The position numbers and the translations under genes are program-made. Shown piece after piece: positions 26,044 through 38,769 of a stretch of 64,000 nucleotides of DNA; within the stretch, counting starts at the first letter, position 1; each line of letters starts with the position of its first letter. The notes beneath the pieces were generated by a model that did not search any database, was not told the DNA's origin, and was given only the letters and a program-made list of their open reading frames with translations. Source of the stretch: Acanthaster planci (Eukaryota); assembly GCF_001949145.1 (NCBI RefSeq), contig NW_019091360.1, positions 124,001-188,000 of the forward strand. The letters are read 5' to 3'.

Positions 26044-28080
26044 GTGGGCGATTTTGTCAGGTCCATAACTGAAGAGGCCTGTAAAATTAACGAAACATTT
26101 GAAAATCCTAAGCCACTAAAATGGTCATGCGAGTTACAAAATATTTACAAAAATTGCAATCGCTGTTGGATTTGTGGAAAGCTTATCGGCAAGAGAGAAG
26201 AATCGCATTGCCTGTGTCCAATTCCCAATGAATCAAAGACTAAAGGCGATCGAGCGGCTTACAGATCGGTGAACAAATCTGGCTTTTATGAACAGCTCTG
26301 TATGACGTATACAAAGCCTATCAACAAATTTAGAAAGGTCAGAGATCACTGTCACGTGACGAGTAAGTATAGAGGTCCTGCGCACGCCAGAGTCTTCCCA
26401 AATCAAACGCCCATTCCGGTAATTTTACACAATTTGGAAAAATACAACGCGCATCTAATCATGCAGGGCGCTTGCGAGTTTAACGGGAAGGAAACTAAAT
26501 TGATCGCTAAAAATACAGAGAACTACATTTCGTTTTCATCTGACCAACTTAGGTTCCTAGACTCCTTTCATTCCATGGCTACATGACTCGATCAACTGGT
26601 TAAGATTTGTTCACCAATGATTTTAACTTACTTTGGGAAAGATTCCCGGAAAACACAGATTTATTATTGGAAAAAGGCATTTACCCTTACAAATATATAT
26701 CAACTCCTTGGACCAATTCCAAGAGACGAGCCTACCACGAAGAGACGTCTTTGATAGTTCTCTGAAGCAGTCCACCCTGACCAAGAAAGAACATGCCCAT
26801 CCACAAACAGTATGGCACACGTTTAACTGTAAAAACCTAGGCGACTACCACAACCCATATGTGGAAACAGACGTTTTGTTACTAGCGGGTGTATTTGAGA
26901 ACTTCCGCAAAGTCTGTAAACAGAACTACGGCCTTGACCCGGCCAAGGGCCTGTTGTGGGATGCTCTGTTAAAGCACTCTGGCATAAAATTACAACTTTG
27001 ACAGACACAGACCAGTACTTATTCTTTAAAACTTGCACGACAAACACAACGACTTCCCGCTGGCACCTGAAAACTTAGTAGTGCCCAATGAATGGTTCTC
27101 AGACTACCAACAAAAACTGATCAACAACGGTGAGCAAGTACCTTGGTAGATAAACCCATGGCCACTTTAGGCACTAAACATAAATACGTGGTTCATTATC
27201 GTATGTTGCAGAAGTACCTGAAACTTGGCCTTCAATTAAAAGAGGTTCACTGCGTCATGTCGTTTAAACAGGCGCCTTGGATAAAGAGTTACATCGATGA
27301 AACTAATGAGTTGCGCAAATTAGCCAAGTTTGATTTTGATAATTCAGTCTTTGGCACGACGATGGAAAATGTAAGATCCCGAATCAATGGTCATTTATTA
27401 AGGGACGTGCAGGATGCTACCAAATACAAAAAAATACAACCTTTAAACTGCACTATAAGTCGACTACACCATTTAAAGAATGTGATCTCTCGTTTGTCGA
27501 AATGTTTCACGTAAAAACCAAGTTAAATATGCCCATTTACTGCAGAGTGAGCTTCCTTGACTTGTCTAAAACTTTAATGTACAACTATTACTACAAAAAA
27601 TTAAAAAATAATTTCGGCGATAAAGTAAATTTACTTTACACGGATACGGATTCTCTGTTAGTTCAGATCCAAACTGATGATTTAAACAGCTACTTGAGTA
27701 ACAAGAGCAGATTATTCGACTTTAATAATTTACCAGTCTGACCATAAACTTTACGACTCCAAAAACAAAAAGTAATCAGTAAAATGAAAGACCAATTCGG
27801 GGGTAAGGTCATTTCAGAGGTCGTCTGCATTATAGGCCTAAATGTATTCGATCTTAACGGAAGATAAAATGTAAAGAAAGCAAAAGAAGTCACTAAGGTT
27901 GTCACCGAGAAACACTTATCACACGCCATGTATAAAAGCTGCCTATTTGAAAGGGTGCAACATGTTAATAAACAGCATTTACTTAGATCGGATAAACATC
28001 AAGTATACACCATCACGCAAGATAAGCTGCGTCTTTCACCGCTAGACACTAAACGTTATATATTACCAAATAGTATTACG
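26044..28080 (+). mobile_element. Polinton/Maverick-type protein-primed DNA polymerase B remnant
   Basis: CWICGK...KVRDHCHVTSKYRGPAH, IPVILHNLEKYNAHLI, FLDSF, TDVLLLAGVFENFR, YVVHYRMLQ, NSVFGTTMENVR, LLYTDTDSL, LSPLDTKRYI. Many frameshifts and internal deletions. Confidence 0.9.
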
Positions 28081-28081
28081 A

Positions 28082-29870
28082 TTGTTGGTGTGCTCCATCA
28101 TAAGAAAATCACACTCCCCGATCTTCAGTCCCTGCTAGGTCATCTCAATTTTGTTTGTAAGACAGTAAGACCTGGTAGGCCCTTTTGCATTGTTTGCATT
28201 GTTTGGGGGATCTTCAAACCTCATCACAAAATTTGCATTACTTCAGGTGCATGAGCAGACTTGCTGGCGTGGCAGCAGTTTTGGGCACATTTTCGTGGAA
28301 TGATAATTTTTCCGGATTCGGTATGGAACAGTAATGAGCAATTGCACACATACACTGATCCTCTGCTGAAATTGGTTTTGGGGCTTACTTTGCTGGGCAT
28401 TGGTGTTGAAGGAAGTGGCCTGAGCATGTGAAAAGTCAGTCCCTTTCTATTGCCTGATTTGAGTTGTTCTCTATTGTACTAGTGGTCCAGAAGTGGGCTG
28501 TTCAGTTGCATAATAAATGTGTGATATTTTAGTGTGACAATCAGGCTATAGTTAGTGTCATCAATAGACAAATGTCTAAAGTCACTTGATGAGTTTGGTG
28601 CGATGCCTTGTGATGACATGTCTCACATGTAATATCCCGTTTCGATCTAAGCATGTTACAGACTTGGATAATGGCATTGCAGATGCTCTTTCATATTTTC
28701 AGATGACCAGACTTTTTCATCTCACACCCGCTGCAGACCATGATATGACCCCATTGCCCGCCAACCTGTGGAGTGTCTTCAGTTAGAGGTCCAGAGTCTT
28801 TAGCAGGACGTGGTCGCCCCCCACACGAACTTATCTTATCAAGAGGGCTTGGCATCTTTTTCGTTGGTTTAGTAAAAGCCACAATTTCGATGTTGAACAC
28901 CCCCCTTCCTGCTTCAGATAGTTCAATTTATTGCATTTTTGTCGGTATCTGGGTATGCCCCCACAACGATTACCTCTTACGTCTCGGGGGGTTTCCTCCA
29001 ATTTGCAGTTAATGAGTTATCCTGATTTTACTATGAATTTCCTGGTCAAACGTTTACTGGAGGGATGTCGTAGGCGTAGTAGTCGTCGCGGGTGACGGCG
29101 CCCTATCACTTATGACCTTTTATGTCGTACAGTCCCAGCCTTGCAGTCCGTTTGCTTGAGTAATTTTGAGGCTCGGCTTTTCCGAGTGGCTTTCTTACTT
29201 GCTTTTTTGGTTCCTTTGCATTGGGTAATTTACTGCCCAATTCCATCAATCTTCTGGTTTGTTGTGTCAGTCTGATGTTAAAGACTCCCCTTTAAGGGTC
29301 AAACTTGTCCTACTTCACTCAAAAACAGATCAATATGGTAATGGTTATGTAATCTCCATCCCAGCAGCGCAGAGCCGTTATGCCCTGTTCAGGTGACATT
29401 GTCTTATCTTGTCTGTTCAACATCCCCCATGGCCTGTTTTTCTCTCATTTCGATGGGATTCCTGTCACACTTTTCCAGTTTGTCATGGTACTCCATCGTA
29501 CCCTTGAGTTCAAAGGGCTTTACGATGCCAGATTTACCTCTCATTCTTTTTGCATAGGTGCAGCCATGTCTGTGACTATGGCAGGCATGTCCAAGGATGA
29601 TGTTGAAGCTTTGGGTGTTGGGAGTCTAAGGCTTGCCGTCATTACAGTCGGATTCCCCCAGCTATTTTCCATTGAACGCTCCAGTTTGTCTTAGTTTAAG
29701 TAACTTTGCTTGTGTGTTCTTCTGCTTTTCTTTTTCATTTTTCTTGTGAGAATTGCCCACTGGCAAGCCGACTGTGTGGGTCATTGGAGATGGCTTTGTG
29801 TGCTGGTGTGCCCGGGTGGCGGGTCATCGCCCTGGGGAAAGTGCCTTAATGATGGGATGGTGAGGACTCT
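28082..29870 (+). mobile_element. Second Ngaro-type element, 3' half (RT thumb/RNase H, recombinase, start of SGNH ORF)
   Basis: LQSLLGHLNFVCKTVRPGRPF; CDNQAIV; NGIADALS; HSKTDQ; HSFCIGAA; KPTVWVIGDG. Confidence 0.88.
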
Positions 29871-30763
29871 GTATGTTCCAGTTCCCTGTTGGAAGTGTGG
29901 TCAGCGTGGTGCCAATGACCCGGGGCTTGTACACAAGCACCTACTGAGTATTTTAGCATGGCAGTGCATCAATTTGACCAGGGAACTAACACTATCATTT
30001 TTTTATTTGGAGTTGCTGTTCCGCCCGCCCAACTTACCCCCATGCCCTGAAGCAGAGTTCCCTTGAGGGTATGCGACATTCGCCAACATGTGCGTTCATT
30101 CATTATTTTGAAATGTTTGCGGGGGTGATATTGATCAACTTGTCATCTGTTGCATTATATCATCCAGACGAATTTCACTTGACTGATGATAGTTGCTCGG
30201 TTTTCGTTTTTTAAGGAGCCAGAAAGGGAATTTCCCTCCTTTTTGCCTTAATGGTTTTAAGGGGGTTTTCAGCCTTCTTAGAATTGGCAAAGTCACCGAC
30301 TTTGGTGGGAGTTGGCATGCGAATTTCATTCAGGGACCGCAAAATTGACCTCAGTTTTTAAGTCACTATATTATTTATTTAAGACGCTTCAGGGAATGTG
30401 CCGAAAGGAAATGCCTGACCCCTTCCTTTGTCAGGGGAAGCACTAGATTATTAATGGCCAAATTAAGAAAATGCTATTTTGTACTCACCAATTTCTGTCA
30501 ATTGACATAATAGTTGTGAGTGGCTTTTGAAACTGCATATTAGAGATAAAGATATTGTATCCTGGAGTAGATCCTTGTTAATTTGTTAATGAGAATTGGT
30601 TAATTTTGCATTCTGTCATTTGTAATTGCTGTTTGAATTTGCATATCGAAGGCCTTGCACTGCGCACATACATTCCAAAATGATTTACTGCTCCATCTGC
30701 TTTTGGCGGAAACACATGCTGATAATTGCTTGTTTTACACATTTTGCTGCTATTTTTATACAT

Positions 30764-31243
30764 TCTGTTGATATTAGTTGCTGTTCCGAATCACCAGCTT
30801 TGGGTGGGAACAATTCCTGACAATCGATGCTTGCCATAGTACCGGTACTTTTGCTGATATTAATTGCTGTTTTGCGTCACCAGCTTCGGGTGGGAACAAT
30901 CCCTGACAATTGCTGCTTGCCATAGTACCGGGACTTTTGCTGATATTAATTGCTGTTTTGCGTCACCAGCTTCGGGTGGGAACAATCCCTGACAATTGCT
31001 GCTTGCCATAGTACCGGGACTTTTGCTGATATTAATTGCTGTTTTGCGTCACCAACTTCGAGTGGGAACAATCCCTGACAATTGCTGATTGCCATAGTAC
31101 CGGTACTTTTGCTGATATTAATTGCTGTTTTGCGTCACCAGCTTCGGGTGGGAACAATCCCTGACAATTGCTGATTGCCATAGTACCGGTACTTTTGCTG
31201 ATATTAATTGCTGTTTTGCGTCACCAGCTTAAGGTGGGAACAA
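30764..31243 (+). repeat. Tandem array of an 86-bp unit, about 5.6 copies
   Basis: GTCACC starts at 30876, 30962, 31048, 31134 and 31220 (period 86). Units 2 and 3 are identical. Followed by AATAAA at about 31263. Confidence 0.97.
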
Positions 31244-31567
31244 CCTGAACTGTGTCAAGTTCAATAAACAGCTGCTCAGGTCAATCAACAAAGTTAGAAT
31301 GCAAGTGTCCACCTGTCCCTAAGTTCAGTTCTCTGGTCAAGTTCATGCGGAGATAAGCCACATTTAAAAGAATGAGGAATGGTATCTAAATTTTCTGGCA
31401 CCACCCCTCTTAACAGATTAAACTTAACACCATAGATTCAGGGATAATTATCAACAATGGCTTCATTGTGAATAAGGTCTACTCTAATGCCTGAAGTTTT
31501 GGAGCCAACACGTGATGCGACAAGTACAGAGGAATCTTGTCTAAGCAATGGAATCTATCACACTCAC

Positions 31568-31653
31568 CCCTTACGTCTGATGTCTTCCACATAAGCATAC
31601 GGTTTCAAAACATACTTCCTTTCTTCTTTTGGCGTAAAGGTCCAAACATGAGC
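31568..31653 (-). CDS. CFAP65: CFAP65 exon: AHVWTFTPKEERKYVLKPYAYVEDIRRK(G)
   Basis: ctttccttatag acceptor, GG|gtgagt donor. Matches CFAP65 WTFSPLEETKY. Phase consistent with both neighbours. Confidence 0.88.
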
Positions 31654-32894
31654 CTATAAGGAAAGAAGGGTTCATTTCATTTTCAGAACAATCATGTGGC
31701 ATTTTATGACAAATTTCTCCCTTGATAACTTGAAATGTCTCAAATTTACTCAATTTGGAATTTTGCATTTGGGTACATTCAGCAGAGATAAGGCCATATC
31801 GGCTACTTATCTTCACTTGATGTAAAATACAAGGAGGAAACAAAACAGAATCACATGTACTGCTCTAACCACAAGTACATATTGAACAATAAAAAAAAAT
31901 GGGCTTAGCAAAAGAATTTCATATAAAAATGTCCCAATTTTACTCTAGTGGTATTTTTAGGCATGGGATTATAAATACTCTGACTGTTCTCATGCGTGCT
32001 AACACCAGGAATGCCTTCTTTTGTTTAAGCAACCTCCAGTTGGTACGCGTCTGAACGGCACTCCCGTTCTTTCACATTCCTTTACAACAAAAGGCTAGTC
32101 ATGGTCTGTGCAAACGGGAAGATCTCGTGGCACTGAAAGTATGCAAAGAAATATGTGTGAAGTCCCCCCCACAGGAGTAGTATTACTGACACCGTGGTGG
32201 GTAGGAAACAAATCCCTGGCAAACAGCCAACAGCACTGAAAATTAAACATTAGGCTACATCTTGGCCATTCAGCCAGGGGGCACTCTTCTGCTCAACCAG
32301 CCAAAGAAACCAAGCTGCCTTTCCTGACCTAATTTTGATCTTGATTGAATGCATAACACAAAGACCCATGGGCACTACATTCCACAGAAAAATGCTTTGC
32401 CTCTGATAAATACATTGTGCATATTGTATAAAGTTTGGAGGTGGGTTTCCTGTTATCGTGTGTAGAAACATCTATTGGGTCTTTAGCAGTTTCAACATTT
32501 TTCCTCTGCCTCAGAATTTATATGTGAGCCTCGAAGAGGAAATCACGGAATGTAACAGTCAGGGATGGTGCTATAATACAATACACTGGTCAAGTACTTT
32601 GACAGGAAAAGTGAATGTCAAAAAATATTTATGTAAGACCTGTTTCCATGAGAATAGTCTACAGGCTATTAATTATGGTTCAGACCAAGGGAGAAATTAA
32701 CTTTTATTCCCTCCCTAATAGGGAGGGAATAAAATCAGGACGTGTATTTCAAAAAATTCTCTGAGGAGCTTTCATCTAATCAAAGATTAACAGCCAACTG
32801 ATCGTCATGTATTAAAAATGTAAATTTTCCTGAAGTAATGGGGCTGGCTACCTTTTTTTAGTAGTTGCATCTGTTGATTGACAAAACCTGCCTT

Positions 32895-33257
32895 GACATT
32901 TCTTTATCCAAACCTGAACCACATGTGGCTTTTATGTTTTCCCACCCACTGTTAAATATGTTTTTTAAATGTTTTATTCCAAGCACCCAACTCATCAGAA
33001 ATATTCATGCTTCCCATCTCAGCATTTCTTTTCCATCCAAACCTGGACCATGTGTGTGTTTTTTTTCCCTGCACCACTTCATTTTTATTCCAAGTACCCA
33101 ACCCGCCAAAAAACATTTAATTCTTCCTATCTCAGCATTTTTTTCTATCCAAAACTGGATAACGTGGTTTTTATTTTTCTCAAGCCCACCACCAAATAAT
33201 TTGTTATTCCCAGCATCCAACCCATAAAAAATATTAATCCTTTCCATCTCAGCATTT
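32895..33257 (+). repeat. Degenerate minisatellite, ~111-119 bp unit, about 3 copies
   Basis: TTATTCC(A/C)AG.A.CCAAC...ATCTCAGCATT recurs at about 32974, 33085 and 33204. Confidence 0.75.
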
Positions 33258-33281
33258 CAGCGTGCAAACAGACAATATCTT

Positions 33282-33722
33282 AATTATATAAAACAGGTTT
33301 TGCCCTTGCCCAACGTATATTAATAAGCACTGTATGCTCAGTGCTTGTCTGAGAGCTTGCGGAAAAAAAAAAAACTCATAAGCTTACTCGGGTGGGACTC
33401 AAACCCACAACCTCCTGCTTACTAGTGCAGATGTCTTAACCACTCGACCACCGAGCTTGCCGAGGTCGGCTGGCCGGTCCGAGTCAAATGAAGCAGCGGG
33501 TACCGCGAACTATTTTCAAGATGTATTTTTTGCGTTGGGGAGATGTTAATTATATATAACAGGTTTTGCCCTTACCCAACGTATATTAATAAGCACTGTA
33601 TGCTTAGTGCTTGTCCGAGAGCTTTAAAAAAAAAAAAAAAATCATAAGCTTACTCAGGTGGGAGCAGGAGGTCGTGGGTTCGAGTCCCACCCGAGTAAGC
33701 TTATGATTTTTTTTTTTCTTGA
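33282..33722 (-). mobile_element. tRNA-derived tandem-unit retroposon-like insertion (266-bp unit x ~1.4 plus an inverted end), 12-bp TSD
   Basis: TSD AGACAATATCTT at 33270-33281 and 33723-33734. AACAGGTTTTGCCCTT at 33292 and 33558. Orientation flips at about 33663. Confidence 0.85.
33385..33456 (-). ncRNA. tRNA-Thr(AGT)-like module within the repeat (pseudo-tRNA / Pol III promoter)
   Basis: A box TGGTCGAGTGG; B box GGTT(C/T)GAGTCC; acceptor-like GCTCGG/CCGAGT; anticodon arm TCTGC-ACTAGTAA-GCAGG with an 8-nt loop; followed by a T-run terminator. Confidence 0.7.
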
Positions 33723-34242
33723 AGACAATATCTTTTTAATCTTGTCTCTTAGCTATTTTTCTTCCCTTAGCATCTGTGTTAAAGGTAGTGTACACTTCTG
33801 GTAAAATACCCCATGTCGACTACCGTATAATCTTGAAATATCTTACTCGAAGTACTTAACAGCTTCAATCAGTCTGTAAAATATTCCTGCCCAAAATGCT
33901 GTAGTTTTCAAGAAAACAGAAATTTTGTTCTCTGTTACAATGGCTACAGACAATGACTACATGTGCTGTTTGACAAGCACAATGGTTTATCCACTATGAA
34001 CACAGGGTGAGGGTTCCCCTTGATTTCTCTGTTTTCTCAGAATGATGCAATCTACATTCAGCATGTTCAAAATTCGCATCTTAGCATTAACAGAAAAAAA
34101 GCCCTTTTTAGCTTGTTATAGTTGAGCTTTGAAGACAAATGACAATGCATTTGACACAAAATGCTTCCATATTTATTCGAACAGATAAAATCAGAGAAAA
34201 CATGTTTTCCTTTGAGTTGCTCTTTAAAGAATTTTTATTCAC

Positions 34243-34413
34243 CTGAATTTCATTGGGCAGGATGGTCCCAGTCTTTGGCTCCACACTGATCAATGCTTCC
34301 TCCTCTTGACTACATTTCCAAGTGAATTGTAATGGAATGCGGGAAACGTTCCTGATTACGTAGCTATGCTGGGATGAAGTACCGATGCAAGTTGGTTTTA
34401 AGAACAGCACTCC
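34243..34413 (-). CDS. CFAP65: CFAP65 exon: GVLFLKPTCIGTSS...RNVSRIPLQFTW...GTILPNEIQ
   Basis: cag|GGA acceptor, CAG|gtgaat donor. Matches CFAP65 FKPTWVG..RNPSRLPLQFEW..GLIQPNE. Confidence 0.92.
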
Positions 34414-35253
34414 CTGGTACAAAATAATAAGGCAACAAGAGAACACTCATTCATCAAACAAATGACAATGCTTCAAGGTTTTACACTTTCATAGAGCCAT
34501 GTCATTGATGTCATTAGTGAAAGTTAATGGGGTTATCACGTTTTATTCATAACCGACACTAGAGTGATCCATTTTCTTCCCTTTAACTTAGGATATGAAC
34601 ATATCTGACCCGTTGTGCAGAATGTTTTGAAGCAAATCTGACTTTACAGATTATCTACTTTCATGAAATAAGGAATTTAGAGATTTGGAGAAAACAAGCT
34701 TTGAAAAATGACAAATGTACTGTGACAAACCAAGAAGAGCACAAAACCATAATTTCTGGAGTCTTCATGTTCAATCAATATTCAATAACAACATTTCTTT
34801 ATGACAATTTAAAGTATAGCTACATGTATTAAGCAACCAGAATACATGGTAAAAGAAAATAGCTCTGACGAACAGATATTTTTGGGTGGAGGAGATTCAT
34901 TTTGTACATGAAAATGTATAAGTGCATCAGTGATTAGTTAAAACTAAAATATTGATGCCTGATAATCATTTCGTACTACAATTTGTACAATTCTCACTGT
35001 TATTTTATCATTTACACCAATTCCAGGATTTGCCACTAAATAACTTGATGTAGTAATGAGTCGTACACATGGATTTACTTCAACAAGCTTCAGTGGACAT
35101 GTCACAATCCTCTTTTGTGTGTACACATGGTCTCTTTGAAACCATTACTGAAGATCACATAAGCTGTTAATGGGGTTAAATGTTTTCCATCAAAAATCTA
35201 AACCAAATCAGAATTGTGACAAGTAGACTTCAAGTTGAATGTTTCAGACTAAC

Positions 35254-35449
35254 CTCTGAATCTAGTAGGATATTAGGCTGCCCAGATGAGCCCAATAACT
35301 CAATAGTTCTGTTGTGTTTACTGTCATCATTTAATTGGAACTGAAGCTGGTGTCTTTGTTGCATGTTCTCCTGCTGAGGTGTGGTTTTTACAACCAATAG
35401 CTGATACTTGTCTCGAAGGAGGCCTTTAGTTGGTTTGACTTGGAATGTG
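35254..35449 (-). CDS. CFAP65: CFAP65 exon: (S)TFQVKPTKGLL...LLDSE
   Basis: aacag acceptor, GAG|gttagt donor; phase 2 to 0. Confidence 0.88.
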
Positions 35450-38400
35450 CTGTTAGAAACATTCATGTATAGAAAGAAATACTTTTCATCAGCATCCTTT
35501 TGTACCTAATATAGTGTAGCTATTCCTGTTAGTCGAGAGCCCATCATGTGGTTGGTAAAACACCAGCTGGTTGATCTTAAAATACTTTTCCAATGTCACA
35601 TGAAATACAGACTCCTGTGAAACTTCCTCCACTTTCTCCTGTACTAGTTGAATATTTACAATATTCACTTATGTTTGTCCAATACAGTGGAACACAGCAA
35701 TAATGAACATTGCTATATTGGACATTCGTAAATACTGAACATCCCCCTTGGCTCCTTAATTTTCTGTGCACCTTCATTTAACATTTACAAACTTGTTTTT
35801 AACAAACAAAACACATTTAGCACTGACAATAATGACTCAAAGTTGAGGAAACTTACTATGATGGCACAACAGCCAATACATGGCATGGTTTGTATCATTT
35901 GTGGGAAGCATGCATTTCATGTGATGTGCATGTGTCCACAGGCGGCCATCTAGACCAGCTGCCGAGTACGTGTACGCTATGCAATACTGGCAACTCTGCA
36001 TGAAAACCTTGCACGATAACCACTTATCAAACTGGGGCATTTGAGCTCAAAAACTACCAAAAAGGAAATAAATATGCAGACAGGCATCAGCATTTGTTAC
36101 TTGACAAGCAGAAATCTCCGATAAATATTTTGCTAGTTTCAACCTTTTTAAAAATGCTTGCCTGACATGTCATTGCCGACTTCAGACATGTACACAATTG
36201 TGCATCCAGTGCTACTGTATTTGAATGGTTCACGGGGTGACCCATTTATTAAGTGCCATCTTATCAACAAGTCACATGCGATTTCTAAGCACAGACTCAA
36301 GGAAAACTTGATTCCATTTTGCAATTCTACTTCCAGTAAGGACTACACTTCAGATGAAACGTGTAACAAAAAATATGTATTGGAACAAAAGACCTGCTGC
36401 TGGGAATTGCCATAATTTTTCGGCTAGCATATTTTTAAGGTAATCCGTCACTGTTTTTAAACAGTACGCCACTGTTTTGGGCATTGTGTGCCACGGATTA
36501 GCATCACGGCCAAAAGTACTCAAGGGCCCCATAGATGAGCGGCACAGCACCACTGCATGCTAATCCAGCCGCGTTTGAAAAGATGCCACTTGCATTCACT
36601 GCAGACAAAGGAAATTATGCAACACATCACAATTCTGGGCTCTCTTTACAGGGTGGCAGGCCTGGCTCAAATACTCAGGAATCAATGAAGGTTGCCTGTC
36701 AGCTTAGAGTAGACCCCAAACAGTCATTCATGTGGGTGTAAACGTCCATCAAATGAAATGATGAATTTTTGAAGAATTTTGAAAACTAAAAATCTTTAAA
36801 ATCTCCCATATGTGTGCATTGCATTTTTAAAAGTACCCATCAGCAAGTGGCTAACATTTAAAAATGCTGGGATTTTCAGTCTTTTTTATTTCAACTTTTT
36901 TGTGCATTTAAGTTGCAGCCCAATGCCTCATGTCAAAATAGTTTGTGGGGTGGGCGGGCCAGTACACATTTGAATATGGGCTGGAGTTCTGGAATGGGTG
37001 TATGCATCCGTGAAAATCTTTATACAGAACGACCACAATACCAAAATTTTGTGTGGACCCCGTCATGTTCCTTGTAGCGGCATTTCATTGTACTGCCAAT
37101 TAGTCTGCATTTTGAGAGTCCCAAATTGACACTACACTGGCTCATTGCAATCTCACATAGTTTAATCTCCATATAAGAAGAATATTTTTGACTACTTGCA
37201 AGAGGCAGATACCATAATATGGCTAGAGGGGTCTTTGAAAAAAAGTGACATAGATATATCTTTAGAAATTTATAGCTTTAACCTGGTGTAATATATGACT
37301 CCAAAGGTATTTATAAATGGGAATAAAGATATGCATGGCTCGTCTTAAATGTCTGTTTAAGACTGGATTAGGAGAATGGACGATGATTTATGGCCCAAGC
37401 CAAATTTTTTTGTGTAAAAGTAAATGGCCAGCGGACCACTGTTAATTTTGACCCCTGTGGAGTAATACACAGAACATATTCTTCACAAAATAGATGCGGT
37501 AATGTCATGTAATTTTGAAGGTAGTTAACTATAATATGCAGGAAGATGCTTCAGAGATGATGGTTAAATACAAAGAGTGTGGCAAACAACAAACCCTGGC
37601 CGGAGTTTGGGTTAGCAAAGGTAACAACCTGCAATCTGTCCGGCAGTCGTTATCTGACATGACTTTACAAGCAAGTTTGATTTTTAAACTGGGCATAGAC
37701 TAATGAACAATTTTTTGGGGGAAATTTTTTTCTAATTTTGTAAGGTGGGAGGGGGTCAAGAGATTAAGCCTACTAATTAATTAAATTGAAAGAATTGTTA
37801 TCAGTGTCTATGCACCTACATTCCAAATACCAACTGAAAAATGTCCTCTTCCACAATAGGCCAGCACAAGTTCCTGCAGCAGTCCTAAGATGTGATCAAC
37901 TTTTCTTCTTGGGTAATTTTAATGCAAGAGTAGGTTCATGTAAATAAGCCAAAGCTTAGCCTGACGTTACTAGCACTCACATCCTCAGTGACATCAACAA
38001 AGTGAGAGGCTGCTGTAATAAACAAGTTGAGAGGATGCTGCAGCTTCGTATCCACTTTATGAGACAGTTAACACCGGGCTGCTTTCTGCTCCTTACATTC
38101 TAGGGTCTGGAATAGGAAGGGCCTCTCTTTCTCTACAAGGCTTGTGGTCTAGCAGCCAATTGTTCTCTAATTCCTCTTATATGGAAGAGAGAATTTGAAA
38201 AGCGTGTTCATTAATGTTCACTGAGGCTGAATGTGAAGATCAAATAGTACCACCAAATCACTAATAATGACATTCTCGGCCTTGCAAAAATGAGGATTGA
38301 GACAAGTTAGGAGTAGGATCTGCTAGCTTGGTCAAGTCTGCTTAACAACTGCATTACCACGCATCTGTAATTTGGAGAAGTGGTACATAATGAATGACTG

Positions 38401-38665
38401 AGAGGAAGAAACAGCATTGGAATGAATGCACCCCAAAAGAATCTGAGTATCTTTGGTTTGAAACCCTCCAAATGGTACCACTAAACCTTCCGTTACATGG
38501 TGTGGAAAGCTCAGACAAAACATGGCACAGCTCAAACAGAAAACCAGCTCACCCTTTTGAGCTGAAAGCATCCACAGACATTGAGAGTCACCCATTGTCA
38601 GACGTGACAAGCTTGTACTACAACAATTACTTGTAACAACTCATACAATAGTTAAGTATACCTAC

Positions 38666-38769
38666 CTTGAAGGGCCTTTTGGCAGCATGTAGTGAATTGG
38701 TGTGGAGCCATTATTGGTCATCAAAATAGTCTTGTAAAAAGAATCCCCTGAATACACGGCTGGAAAAAC
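38666..38769 (-). CDS. CFAP65: CFAP65 exon: VFPAVYSGDSFYKTILMTNNG...GPS
   Basis: ttttgcag acceptor, AG|gtaggt donor. Matches LFPAVSSGEPTYRSLLLVN. Confidence 0.88.

Noticed and set aside
30764..31243. CRISPR-like array
   Set aside because: The units are contiguous near-identical 86-mers with no unique spacers, there are no cas genes, and the context is a eukaryotic intron.
31575..31575. Alternative donor C|GTAAGG for the 31653 exon
   Set aside because: It gives phase 1, incompatible with the phase-2 acceptor at 17485; GG|GTGAGT at 31568 fits.
33385..33456. Functional tRNA-Thr gene
   Set aside because: It has an 8-nt anticodon loop, a short acceptor stem and a B-box mutation in this copy, and it is embedded in a TSD-flanked repeat.
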